From Marsupella aquatica (Eukaryota > Plantae > Marchantiophyta): a stretch of 64,000 nucleotides of DNA. Both the position numbers and the translations under genes were made by a program. The notes under the pieces are model-generated. The model saw only the letters and a program-made list of their open reading frames with translations. It was not told the origin of the DNA and searched no databases. Below, piece after piece: positions 27,291-39,449 of the stretch (within the stretch, counting starts at the first letter, position 1; the number at the start of each line of letters is the position of its first letter). The DNA lies in assembly GCA_973895155.1 (NCBI GenBank), contig OZ316893.1, forward strand, positions 7,030,963 to 7,094,962, written 5' to 3'.

Positions 27291-28164
27291 GGTTGGATAG
27301 AAGATTAGTGATGTTGTATTCACTTGTGGAGATTGATTGGAGGTTTAGGGTTTTGACTCATGACTCTTTTGGTGTGCCTAGGGAGCTGATTATAGTGAGG
27401 TTTACAACATACTTCACACTAGGTGTGAGGAGAGTTTACATGAGACATTCAAGCTTGGAGGCGGACATCAAGTGGTAGAGTATTTTTGTAGGGCTCTCAT
27501 TGTGTGACCAGGTAGGTTTGTATGATTGCATGTTTTTTTTTATGATTACAATTTGTATGGATTTTGTTAGTTGTGAAGTGGCCCAATGTCCTTTCAATTT
27601 AATTCTTGAGCCCACTCTTGATTCTTTCTTGAGATGAACATTTTCTTCTTGGTTGCTAGAGAAGCTTGGGAGAGTTTACAAATTATTTGGCAATCAATAG
27701 GAAACTCAACTTTATTACAACACTTGAAATACAGGTTTGATTTCTTTCTCTTCTCTCTATATGGTTAATAGTTGTGACTGCTAATATTTTTGTGTGATAA
27801 AACAATATATAAACATTTACTCAGTTCCAAGATTTCACCTCTAGTATATTGATTTGTGAATAATAGAAAGTAGAAAGTTCCAATTTTCAACATTCTGATA
27901 TTCAGATCGAAACTTAGTGTACTGTTTGACCAGAAAATTGGAGCTTCATATTTGACTTGTAAAATGTTTCTCAAATCTTAACAAATAAAGAAAATGTAAA
28001 TACAAATACTCTATTTAAGGAGCTTTGCTACAAAGAAAAGCATAAGAAAACTTAAGCTTGAGAGTTATTTCCTTTTGTTCCTTTTCCAAAAGAAATAGCA
28101 GAAGCAATATCAACATTTGATACTACTCTTAACATAACAAGCCATTACCTTAAAAATCAAGAAG

Positions 28165-28330
28165 ATTACAAGTCAAGGCATCATGGTGCACACATTCACA
28201 AGGGTACTTTTTGACCCCAATTGTAATTTTAAAATTAATTAGGTTACACGTTAAGGCATTCTGGTGCACACATCCGCAAGGGTCGGTGTTCTGTTTGACC
28301 CCAATTGTAACTTTAAAATTGACAAGGTTG
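28165..28330. repeat. Degenerate tandem repeat, ~80-bp unit, two copies
   Basis: aaggcat..tggtgcacacat.c.caagggt...tttgaccccaattgtaa.tttaaaatt occurs twice. Confidence 0.7.
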
Positions 28331-28794
28331 CAAATGAAAACATCATCTAAACATATTTTTTCATCACCATTTTTCAAAATTTTAAATGCACAGACATGAC
28401 CTAAGTTATGAACTTGGCTTTGACTTACTCAACTTAGGTAAAGTTGCCTTAGGGTAAGGTTGGCGTAACATAAAGTGGAGGTATCCCCTTACTAGCTCTT
28501 CTTCTCTCAACAAAATTTTAACTCATTTCGTTAAGTAAAGTGAAGTCATTTTGTATCTTAAATTTTTAAGCTCACTATTGGGAAATTTGTTTGAGCTCAA
28601 ATGTCTAGCCACAAATTTCCCCTAGTTTTCTCTATGTCTTTGAACATTTTCAGCCCATTTAATTGAGTAACAGAAAATGATAAATCCCACCTATTGGATT
28701 ATTTTGGCCCTAACTTAAAGCTTAGTCGGCTTAGGAAAGTTGGCTTAGGGCATTGGGCTAATTTCTGAAAGTATAGGTACAGTTTTATTTTGAA

Positions 28795-29740
28795 CTCACA
28801 AATTTGACCTCAGTTTGAGCTCAGTTGTTAGGGGGCAACCATCCAAAGGAAACCACGGCCCACACACCAGGAAGATGGCAATAACAAGGGCCGACCACCC
28901 AACAAAGGCAAGAGGCCTGAAACAAAACACCTCCCAAGAGAGGTGCTGGCTGTACCACATACAACAACAAGTCAGACACTGACCCCAAAAATGGGAATAC
29001 AGGAGAGCAATGCCACGGCCTCTCCTGTTCAATCATAGTAGTAATGTCATTAAGTTTGACTCAACCGCCCAATCTTTTGCAGATGCACTACTAGTATGGT
29101 TAAGCGTAGCTTGAACTATTACTGCAGCGCCATGCAGAATGAGATGCAATGAAAACCAAGCAGAGTTAGCTCGGAAAGTGCGTTGGCAACGCTCCAGCCA
29201 GATGCTGCGAATCAGCGTGTGAATGAGTAAAAAAAAGCCAGGGTTGCATTTTGGGGACCTAATTGCAGTATCAAACTTGCCAAATAAAGAGAAGCATGTA
29301 GCCTTGTTCAGACTAGTGCCCTCTGCTGTGTGCTCAAGTTGTATCTAGCGTGGGCGGAGTTGACAGCAATCATAGAACATATGCTCAACCGTTTCATTGG
29401 CCCTTTGACATGCAATGCATAGTCCATCACTCACATCCCATTTAAGAGCACCAGAACTGGAAAAAACCCAGCTTGAAGCACCTTCCAGAAATCTAGCTTA
29501 ACACTAGGAGAGGTCAAACCTTTCCAAAGATGAATCCACCGACTCCTCCAAATCACTTGGGAATCAAGACAAACCCATCGGCAATTGAGTTGTGTAATTG
29601 GAGGCATAGGCTGTTGCAAGATGATGGCCCAGGTTTTGGTTGGGAGATTCCACCCTTTCTTAACTTTGGTCATGTCCACGTCCACGCTTCAGAATTACGC
29701 AAAAGTGGCACTGAATTCTTAACATGTCGTGTGTGATATA
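28795..29740 (-). mobile_element. 3' fragment of an L1 LINE (zf-RVT region and 3' UTR)
   Basis: Minus strand: WRSRWIHLWKG...KLDFWKVL, C.GANETVEHMFYDC, IWLERCQRTF. Confidence 0.7.
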
Positions 29741-29869
29741 GGAACCCCCTTCAAGTGGGGCCCCTAGATCACAATATATATGTCATGTGCCCAGTCATGT
29801 GTGTCTTTCATTTATTATATATATATAATAAACCCCCTAACCTTTCCTTCCAATTTTCATGGAAGGCAT

Positions 29870-30165
29870 CTCGGGGTTCACTTCCACAAAATGTCACAAT
29901 CATCATGTGGAACGAAGAATAAAGTCTTTTTATTGACAGGTTCAAAAGCAATACTTAAGAATTTTCTGAGAAGAACATAATTAGGGTCTTTAAATCCAAT
30001 TTTGAGATTGGAAGAAGGTTAAGGTATTTTTAATCATATTTTTGGAATATTACAAGTAGATTCCAACCTGATAGGGGTTAAAGCGAGGGTTAAAGTATTT
30101 TGTAGGGGGTCCCAGGCCTAAAAGTACCGGTGATAGGGAGGCCATCATATAGTGAGACCCCATAG
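29870..30165 (-). mobile_element. MITE family A copy, reverse orientation
   Basis: TSD GAAGGCAT / GAAGGCAC (one mismatch); reverse complement matches 16236-16532. Confidence 0.8.
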
Positions 30166-31299
30166 GAAGGCACTACAATTTAAAACAACCTGATGTCTGT
30201 TCTTTAAAGCAAGCTCAGAAAAGGGAGACACTATTGTTTTTCAACAAAGCTTTGGAAGTGACCCTATACCCGACCAAAGATTTGGCTACTCTATTGAGCT
30301 ATAGGTCTTGCTTCAAGCGAAGTCCAATCGCTGGCCTAGTTGAAGGCACTGAATTCTTACCATTTACCTACCTACGATGTTAGTCATCAAAGAGAAAACC
30401 TCCACTCTAAAGCAACTTTGAAACCTCGTCCACTCTAAAGCAACTTTGATTGAGGAGCTAATAATAGAAGAGTTTTTGCTCCTTCTGCTAATTAATGAAA
30501 GCAATCGGACAGACTGTTCAGCAGACACTTGTCTCGTTGATTGGCATGTATCCAGCATCCTTCATTATTGGGAACTCCCGAATTTGACGTCCCTACTCCC
30601 TTGCTCTCTATATAATATGTTTGAGTAGCACTCCTCTTAGCTTCGTGCCTAAGATTGTCCCTAGTCCGAGGACGGTTAGTCATTCAAGGTGATTCGAAAC
30701 GTTGAGGCTGTGGTCGGAAGCTTTAGCAAAGAGAAAGCTCGCGGAGCTTTCGAGTGCGCTTCGTTCCGACAGACAATGTAATCCATGAAGCTCGAATCTC
30801 AGGTGTTGCGAGAATACGAGGTAAGGCAGTACAGAATACTTGCGGAGTGGCTGGAGAGAGGTGACTGCACATTTGTTTCTCTCCGAACTTTTGACTTGAG
30901 TTTGTTAGTTCGTGGCAGAAATGACTTCGATCCCAATGACCGTTGTCGACGGTGAATCAACGTGATTAGGGGGTAGCATTTTCTGTCATTCAATGTCTGC
31001 TGCTACATTACTGTCAATGTGCGTGGCCGAGATAAGTTTGTCTGAACGCACCCAGCTTGTGTATTTATGGAGATGGATTTGGTTACATGTGTTGAATTGA
31101 AGTCACGTAGTGACAAGATACTTGATTGCTTTGCAGGGGCTCAAACCAAGATTTAGAGCTAGAAGGCTACGACAGCGATCGTGGACTCTGTAGGTAATTT
31201 CACTGCATTGCATTCCAGGGCCACGGAACAAGCTCCCAGTCTCGGTCAATTTCGCACTAACTGGGAACAGTCGCTTGCGCTGAAGTTCAACACTCAAAA

Positions 31300-32235
31300 A
31301 TGGATCAGCATCGTAATGCAGTTTTCGTTTATCTCTCAATACTCGTGTTCGTGGCCCTTGCCCTCCTCCCTCCCGCCTCTTCTTCGATGGCCCCCACGAT
31401 CAGTCCCCACGGCACCCTGTCCATTAGCACATCCGGCAATATAACAACTGTAGTTATCTACAACCCGCCAATTAACCTCTTCGACATCAAGCTCGGTCAG
31501 GATCTGTTTGGCTTCCTAAGCTCCCTAGATCCATCCAACCGCACCACGCCACCGCCCAAGGTGGTGATCTTTCGCAGCGGCGATCCTGAACTCTTCATAT
31601 CGCATCTCGACGTCAAGTCGCTTCTGGCCCCTGTGACCCCTGAGAAGACCCTTGTGTCGCAAGTGTACACGACTGGGATTGGCCTACTGCAAAATTTGAC
31701 GACGACAGTGTTCATCGGTGAACTCGATGGAGAAACGACCGGCGGTGGCAGTGAGTGGCTTCTGCAGATGGACATGCGATTTGCAGGCCCGAAAGCACGT
31801 ATGGGGTCGCTGGAGACGTCACTCGGCCTTACGCAGGCCGCAGGCGGGATGCAGTATCTCGGTCGGCTGATCAACAAGGGGAGGGCTATGCAGTATCTCC
31901 TCTCCGGGGATAGCGTGGGCTGCACGGCCGGGAAGGAGAACGGCTTGTTCAATGATTGTTTTCGGACCCGGGAGGAGTTGGAGCACACTGTTTTGGCGTT
32001 GGCGGAGAGGATTGCCTTGAGGCCGGAGCAAGGACTGCATGGGACCAAGGTCGCGTTGCAATCGCTAAATCCTCCGGCGAGCGTGATTGCGGCAGACTTG
32101 GCTGCTTTTCTACCTCTGGTTATGAGTCCAGTGGCGCAGGCGCTGATCCAGAAGTTACTGGTGCTAGATGACAATCAAACGAGGAGCCCGTTTGAGTTGG
32201 GGTTGGATGGTACGCTTGCAGAATTGTTTCAGTAG
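31300..32235 (+). CDS. Secreted enoyl-CoA hydratase/isomerase (crotonase superfamily) protein, intronless, 311 aa
   Basis: Hydrophobic N-terminal signal peptide; NPPINL, KVVIFRS.DPELFISHLD, GGGSE, DMRFAG and E.SLGL..AAGG crotonase motifs with both catalytic-type Glu; GC-rich uninterrupted ORF. Confidence 0.9.
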   Translation: MDQHRNAVFVYLSILVFVALALLPPASSSMAPTISPHGTLSISTSGNITTVVIYNPPINLFDIKLGQDLFGFLSSLDPSNRTTPPPKVVIFRSGDPELFISHLDVKSLLAPVTPEKTLVSQVYTTGIGLLQNLTTTVFIGELDGETTGGGSEWLLQMDMRFAGPKARMGSLETSLGLTQAAGGMQYLGRLINKGRAMQYLLSGDSVGCTAGKENGLFNDCFRTREELEHTVLALAERIALRPEQGLHGTKVALQSLNPPASVIAADLAAFLPLVMSPVAQALIQKLLVLDDNQTRSPFELGLDGTLAELFQ

Positions 32236-34847
32236 GTCAATGAAGAACTTCCAGTTTTTTCTTAGAGAAATGTTTTCAGCTACATTCTCTAATGAGCGTT
32301 AATCGATCTGACAGAGCCTTAACATTGAGTGCTTACCTGTATACTTGGTTTGGCACCTTCAAAAGACTGTCCGATTTGTTTTCCTTTGGAGAGTTTGTAA
32401 GATTAGTGATGGACGGGGACGCTGCTCGAGATCGTTTAACTTCTCAGAGATCTTTGTTCCCGTATTTTAGTTGGGTATCGCATATCAAATTAAGGCGGGA
32501 AAAGTCTTGTATAACGGTGAATACCGTTAGCCTGCATTCCCCCAGCGGACTCGTACATGGGCTAATCAGGGCTGGAATGATGAGAGACAGAGAGACTCTA
32601 AAGTTAAGGTGCTGGTTTACATGGCGATCAACAATCGCCATCATAAACTTCACAGATTTCATGGACCTGAGCACATAGTTACATAAAGTGAGCCTCAGTG
32701 CAAATCCGAAAATTGTGTATTTGGTTTTTTGCAAAGTCGAGAGAGTTTATTGTCATGCACTCTTGAGGTTGAAGCCCGCGTAAAGTGGGAATGGTTTCTT
32801 TCCGCTTGGATGCGATGCTCCCATATTGAGCAATATGTGATTGGAGCATAGATTGTACGTTCTTGGCTGGCCACATCTGCAGGGCCCTTCATGTACTTTG
32901 TTGCCCATTTCTGGTCCCACAAGTCTGGCTCCAATTATTTCCTACTCGTTCCACTATTAAATACGGCCCAAATCTGATTTGACATCATTATCTTTCGTTA
33001 CATTTGAAGTCTGTTGAACTTTCTCTCCAGTAGTCGTAGTTCGTGTTAACTTTCTGCTGCCTGTATTTCACCAGGGGGCAATCGATTGAGACAGACAGTA
33101 CCAGGTACACCACTCATACACAGAGTTGGCATTCACGGACTTCGTTATCCTGAATGGTGGGTTTTGGATACATTTCCAAAATTGACTTCAACAGCGATCT
33201 TGCAATTCCCTGCACCTCCCAATTGCAATCAGCACTACAGACAACGATGCCTTACTATCTGGGTTCATGAAAAGTGCTCGGTCAAGAAAGACATTGATTT
33301 CCCGAAACTCTATCTCTATCCTCAATTGTGCACTGGAAATATGGTTGAGACCATACGTTCACCGTACTTGTGGAGTTCAGCTGTGTGGTTTTTGTAACCT
33401 GTGTGGCTGTTTCTCGGCCGATATTTGGCCATGGTCCTGCTTTTGATGAGTCTGTGTGTTTGAAAGGATAGTTGAAACTCTGGTCTGGTAGGTTCTCTGG
33501 TCTCCTTACGCTGCGTGCACATGTTGTAGTTGACGGTTCGCAATATATCTCTTGCTTTCAGCTTTTAAAAAGCATGGGCTCGACTTACTTCCCTGCCATG
33601 CCGCACTCAGCTTACCGGTAGGTAGGTTTGAAGCTGCCGAAACCGAGCTGATGCATGGAGCTGCTCTAGCTATGTGGTGAAATCGGGGATACAATCTAGT
33701 CTCTCTAACTGCACAGTCAGTAACTCCCAAAGGAAGAGACTGGAGGTGCCCACATGACAGACAGGCCCTCGACCAAAGGTTTCTGGTCATAGACATGACA
33801 GACCAGGGCCGTGACCAAAGGTTTCTGTCAGAGCAGGCTGATCACTAAGCATTCGTTGCTGTCAGTAATTAGTACAACTACAGTAGCCTGATACCCGTTC
33901 GTTGTAGGTAAATACTAATGAAGACAAACACAATGTTATAAAACTTTGCCTCCATTTTTAATTTATTTTACCTTCACTTCTATTTTGTCTTTACTTAGAG
34001 TCAGTACAACTAGCCTGATTACATTCTTTGTCAACTAGCCTGATTACCCGTCCTTTGTAAGTAAATAGAAATGAATACAGGAAAGATCCATCTTTGCCTC
34101 CATCCCTAGTTTTTTCCACCAATCCACTCTCACTTATATTTTTGTCTTTATTGAGAGTCACTTTTAGTTTTGTCATAATAAGTAAATGTCAGTTCAATTA
34201 ATCTTGCTCCCATTCCTTTTTTTGGGTCCATCTGCACTGTTCAATTTTGTTTTATTGAGATTTAGTCTTTTAGACTTTAGAGGCTTCACTAGCCCTTCAA
34301 GTGAAACAAACTCACCAAAATGTATAAATCAGGAAAAAACAAACTACAATGAAAAGAAAGAAAAAAGAGTTCCAAAGTGGACCTTGAAAGTAGCTTTGCA
34401 TTAGACTTTATTAGGAAGATACTTCCAACAATACATAACAAACAGTAATCAGAACAGGCTGAGCCCTTTGCATTCATTGCTGTGCTGGTATGCATTCATT
34501 AGGGCGTCTCAAACTTTAGGGCCGTGGACAGTGTCACGGGCACGTGACCGGCCCAAAGTGCGCCCGTTACTAAGGCCGGGACCGCCTTTTCGGGCATGCA
34601 GAAAGTAGGGTGGCAAATGTTTGAGACGTGTTGTGAGCCTCTACCGTCTCGGGTTTAGCATGGGTTAAGGGATCCCGCTCACTTTGTTTGAACGCCTGCG
34701 CCGACTTTCGTCTGCACAGAATGCTTGTTTCTTTCGATGAGTGCAGAGCGTTTTCAAAATGTTTGAAGCTTCCCTCTCGGAACTCTGGCTGCACATTCGA
34801 GTCCAAATTTTGCGTGTTGAAGGTGCAAGAGTAGTAGAAGAGGACGG

Positions 34848-36357
34848 ATGGTGAATTCGATGAGGCCTCATCTTACAACCTCAGAACTCTCTGGATCTCT
34901 CCACTCGCAAGATCCAGTGGTTCTGCCTGATTCGGTCGTGCCCGATTCACAGCAAACTGAACTTGGAGCAAACATGGTGGCCGCGAATAATCACCATGCT
35001 TCTGCAACTGATTCTAATCGCAAGCTCACAGCAAACGACTTGGGGAAGATTGTGGATTGGCTTGAAGATCCAATCAACTTTGCCCAGCTGAATGGATCCT
35101 CTCGTAGGCTGCCTGTCGGTACAAGGCATCCTTCAAAGAAGACAGTTTTCCGAATGATGTTGATTGTGCTCCATTCACAAGGGTTCCCGAAATTTGTCAG
35201 CACGGGAGACAACCTGGGTAAACGCTTTGCACGTTATGTGAAGAAATACAAGGAGGCTTTGGCAGTGAAACAGGATTCTGGGGCTGGTCTATCTCTGGCA
35301 GAGCTTTGTGCAGGTATTACACTGGAGGACAAGCTGGACAAAATCTGTTCACACTTTGAGAGAATGCATGCGCTCTATGGCGAGAGAGCAAATGTTTCCC
35401 CTCCTGCCACCGCATCAGTTGGATTGCCTAGGCACACTGAGCTTTGTTTGGATCCAGGATCAGACGATGAAGAACAAGACAACTATGATGGTCGAAATGA
35501 TTCAGAATCTCTGCCCACAGGTGTGTACCAACTCTAAATACCTTCACATCATAATGCATTTCTTACTTGAACATTGAAAGACATTTCTTTTTTTCACTCC
35601 ATGTTAGTATAATTGAGTCTTTGACTGTTGCTTCTTACTGGTCCATGACAGATTGGTGCGAACAGGGTGGAGATTCCCAGTTTGACTTTCAGCCGACCTT
35701 ACCGACTGAGTTTCCTGATCCAGCCACGAGCAATGTTGGGTTTAGACCTGTAGAAGCGGAAGAATTTGTGCCCACAGGGACACAACCTGAGCCTGTTGCT
35801 TCTGGCGATCCAACATTTTGCAACATCACTGAGCAGCAAGGCTCACGGGCCCCTCCAGCCCCGCTGTCTAATCCCACTATGGATAGATCCCATCCAGGGA
35901 GGAAAAACTCAAGAGGCCCGCCCCTTCACAAGCAACTTCCCGGCCCAATATGGCAGAAGTGTAAATGGAGAAGCTTGGTGAGAAGAACCAGTTCCGACAG
36001 CAGATGATTCAAACTCACGATAAATGGAAAGCCCAAGAACTTGCAGACAGGAAGGAAGCACGCCTAGCACTGGCAAAGGACACGAGGGAGAGGGATAGGA
36101 TACAGAGAAAGCACTCGGAGAAGAGGGCCAGAATTGATCTGGACATACAATTGACCCTCTTGAGAGCTCAACAGTCAGCTGCAATGTTCACTGAGCTCAT
36201 CCGTTCTAACAGGACACCAGAGCAGATGGTCACACTCATGCAATTATTCCCTGCATTGAACCCAACACCTCCCATTCCAGAAAGCAATGCGCAACCGGGA
36301 CACTCCCGTGCACGGACGACTGAATGTAGAGATGAGGAGGTTGTTGATTTAGGGTAG
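34848..36357 (+). CDS. Harbinger accessory (Myb/SANT-trihelix-like) protein; exon 1 34848-35520, intron 35521-35651, 3' part damaged
   Basis: IVDWLEDPINF...KRFARYVKKYKEA...GAGL...LDKICSHFERMHALYGER; phase-compatible GT-AG intron; coiled-coil tail (35965-36357) needs a frameshift and a read-through TAA. Confidence 0.7.
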
Positions 36358-37356
36358 GATAATTGCCATAGACACTGTGCCAAAGCAAGTTTACTCTAAT
36401 ATTTGTAGACATAGTATGTATTTGTTTCATCCCGCTGCAATGTGTGCAATTTGTGCACATGCTTAAACATTTTGTATTTCCATCTTCGCATCATAATCTG
36501 AGCATCGATTCTTAATTATTGTCCTGAATATAGCATGCGATTCAAAAGATCCAGATCAGCCAGCTTCTAATTGCAATAGCATCGTAACGATGGAATGAGA
36601 TTTTGTGGGCTGAAGCATGGAGTATGATGTCGTGCTTTAGATAATGACATGATGCTTTTTGAGCTTGTTTTTCTGTTCATGAATTACATCACGACTGTTA
36701 ATAAAATGGAAGATCATCTTATTTCCTGCTTTCAAAATAAAAGAGAAGCGGCGTGCGAGCATTCACCATTCAATTCTATCTATTCCACTTGGCCTAAGCC
36801 ACCGAAGAACCATGCCTTGCTACTTCAACTCGTAAAGAACCGGCCTACTTGAACTCATAAAGTTGTACCTACTTCAACTCCTACAGAACCACCGCTCATC
36901 AAGAATCTTAGAAAGGAAACTACCAGTTGGCAGGCCAAGATAAGCTCAAGTCACATCCCCACATAGCAGCACACTTCATGAACACAAAAGCCACGTTTGA
37001 AGATACGAGATTGGAACATAGTGTTGCGTAGCTGAATTAGGGTTACACCCATTTGCCAAAGTGCCGATTTGTATATTCAAAATGGAGCTTTGAACATCAG
37101 TTCGGGAACACATGAATCCTACTTCAAACGATTCCACATAGCAACTCTCTCCAATTCCAATGCTATGGAGACTAAGGCAGCAACAGTCTATAGCTAAAGT
37201 GACATCGTTGTCGTGGGGATTCCTTTTAGAAGGCTAGAATCCATATTGTGTTATTTGAGTTTATGTGAAGAGAGTTTTACTTAAAAGCTTCATAGTAGTA
37301 CTATTAGAGCATATATGTTACATTCTATATGTAGTGTGTACATTCTACAATGGTAC

Positions 37357-37612
37357 ACAGTAGTTCCACCATTTACGCATAGTAGTTTTACAAACTAGAT
37401 GCATAGTAATTCCACCAACTACGCATAGTAGTTGCACCAATTACACATAATAGTTTCACCAACTACGCATAGTAGTTGCACCAATTACGCATAGTAGTTT
37501 CACCAACTACGCATAGTAGTTGCACCAATTACGCATAGTAGTTCCACCAATTACGCGTAATAATTCCACCAACTACGCATAGTAGTTCCACCAACTATGA
37601 ATAGTACTAGCA
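37357..37612. repeat. 22-bp minisatellite, ~11-12 copies
   Basis: Unit ATAGTAGTT(G/T/C)CACCAA(T/C)TACGC, head-to-tail with no spacers; alternating variants give a 44-bp higher-order period. Confidence 0.92.
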
Positions 37613-39449
37613 CACTTATAGGTGCTTGATGCTTGCCACTTGGCTTCCATCCAAGGGTCAAGGCATCGATCCATGCCCTCTTGGAAAACACAAAGGGGCA
37701 CTATAAATAAAGTGAAGAGGAGCACACTCTTCTCATTCGCATTGTTTGATCTATCGTGTTGGACTGGCAACACTGTAAGGAACTCTTCCCCTCTTGTGCA
37801 CATGTCTTGTTTATTATTTACCTCCATGCTTGGGTACTAACTTGATTGTTAGCCTTAGAACTATTTTATGTTTTATGTTTATCAGTCTTGAGATCAATTT
37901 AGTGTGCTTGTAATGAATAATATGATAAATGGAGTACCTAGAGATTATCCCCCACCTGCTGTGCCATTTGTCAATCCTTTCTTAATTAGAATTCATTGTC
38001 TTAGCAAGCATACCATGAGAATGCATCTTCTTTATCATTTTGGGTTTGAGTTAATGGAAACAGTTATGAATAGCGATGCACCATTTGTATACCCGATTGT
38101 TGTTTATGGAAATGAATGGAATGTAACTATTTTTATTTTATTTTATATTAGATGGATTTTAATAGACAATCCGTAAATGTACCGGAGTTAGATTTGAATA
38201 GGCTTCCTAATAATGTGTCTGATTTTCCTTCATCTATTGACATTAGAGTGGTATGCCGTAAGAAGGTTGATTGTAGAGATGTTTTAGTTAGAAAGTATGG
38301 AGATGAAAGATACAATGTTATGCTTAGGATGCCAGAGCCTGTGATTATATCATCTATGGTAAATCTTAAGATCATAGTCTTTGTTTTCTATAATTGACTT
38401 GTCTAATTGTAGGATTCGTTGGAAATTGCAATATATGACTTGACTTGGGAAGTAAGTTATGTGGAAAGAGGATAGGCCGATTCGAGGCTTAGTGTGAGGA
38501 AGCCGCTCATCGTAGAGTGGGACAAAGGCTGTGAGAGATATTTTAGAGGATAACGGTGAGAGAAATTGATCGACAAAGGGGATCGCAAAGGTAATGTGAG
38601 GTGAGAAAAGACGTATTTTGGAAAGGTTTCTTCCAAGATAGGAAAAACAAGAGCTCGGTGCTTCCCAAGAACTAAAGATTCCCCCAACATCGTCTACAGC
38701 TAAAGTGACATCGTCATCGTGGATGCCCTGTCTGGCCAAGTAACTCCGCCCCGGTTCAGCTCCTGTGTGCCCGTTCAGCAGAAGCAAGTGCTGGCTGTAA
38801 CACAAAAGTCCTTTTCAAAAAGTAACCCTCCGCCTTTTCAAAAAGTCATGGACTTGCGCTTACGGAGTTGCATCTTTGAAGCAAGGAGAGCTATTAGCGC
38901 ATGATGAGGTGCATTGGCAAGTGGCATCGGAGCCCCCTGTTTTCTGAGAATAAGATGACATCAACAAAGTCAATGTACTCTAGATGCTGCATTCAGAGTC
39001 AACGTCATCTTCAACCAAAATCTCTTTTGCGAATGCAAAGAAGTCATCCCACTTGATCAGCAGCACCTGCGTCGATGGCCATGTGCCCTGAAATCCCTCA
39101 ACACCTCCAAAATAGTGTTGAAAATGCTTGCGAACTCCTGCTGGCCAGGTTGGGTAATTCCAAACACCCAAGAAAAAATTGTCAGTTACAAAGTCTTGGC
39201 TGTCAACCAGCCACAATGGGGTTCTTGGTTTGGCCATTGCGTCAGCACGATACACAAATGCTACCAAATGTGGATTGCAAATGAGGGTGACACGCCAACA
39301 GTCTCTCTTTTCTAGGTGGAAGAATCGGCTGCAATACTTGGAGAGTATCGGATGTGGGGGTCAAACAGTCAACCCAAATCCTGAGGTAAATCTTCATGAA
39401 TAAATGAAACAGTCAAAGAAGTGTGCGGTTGACTGTATGTACCTGGTAG

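Noticed and set aside
31497-32174. 225-aa antisense ORF
   Set aside because: Shadow of the GC-rich hydratase gene; no recognisable motifs.
32850-33400. Possible F-box/LRR pseudogene (FPKL repeats)
   Set aside because: Two short FPKL motifs only; no consistent frame.
37357-37612. CRISPR-like array
   Set aside because: Units are contiguous 22-mers without unique spacers, there are no cas genes, and the context is eukaryotic; it is a minisatellite.
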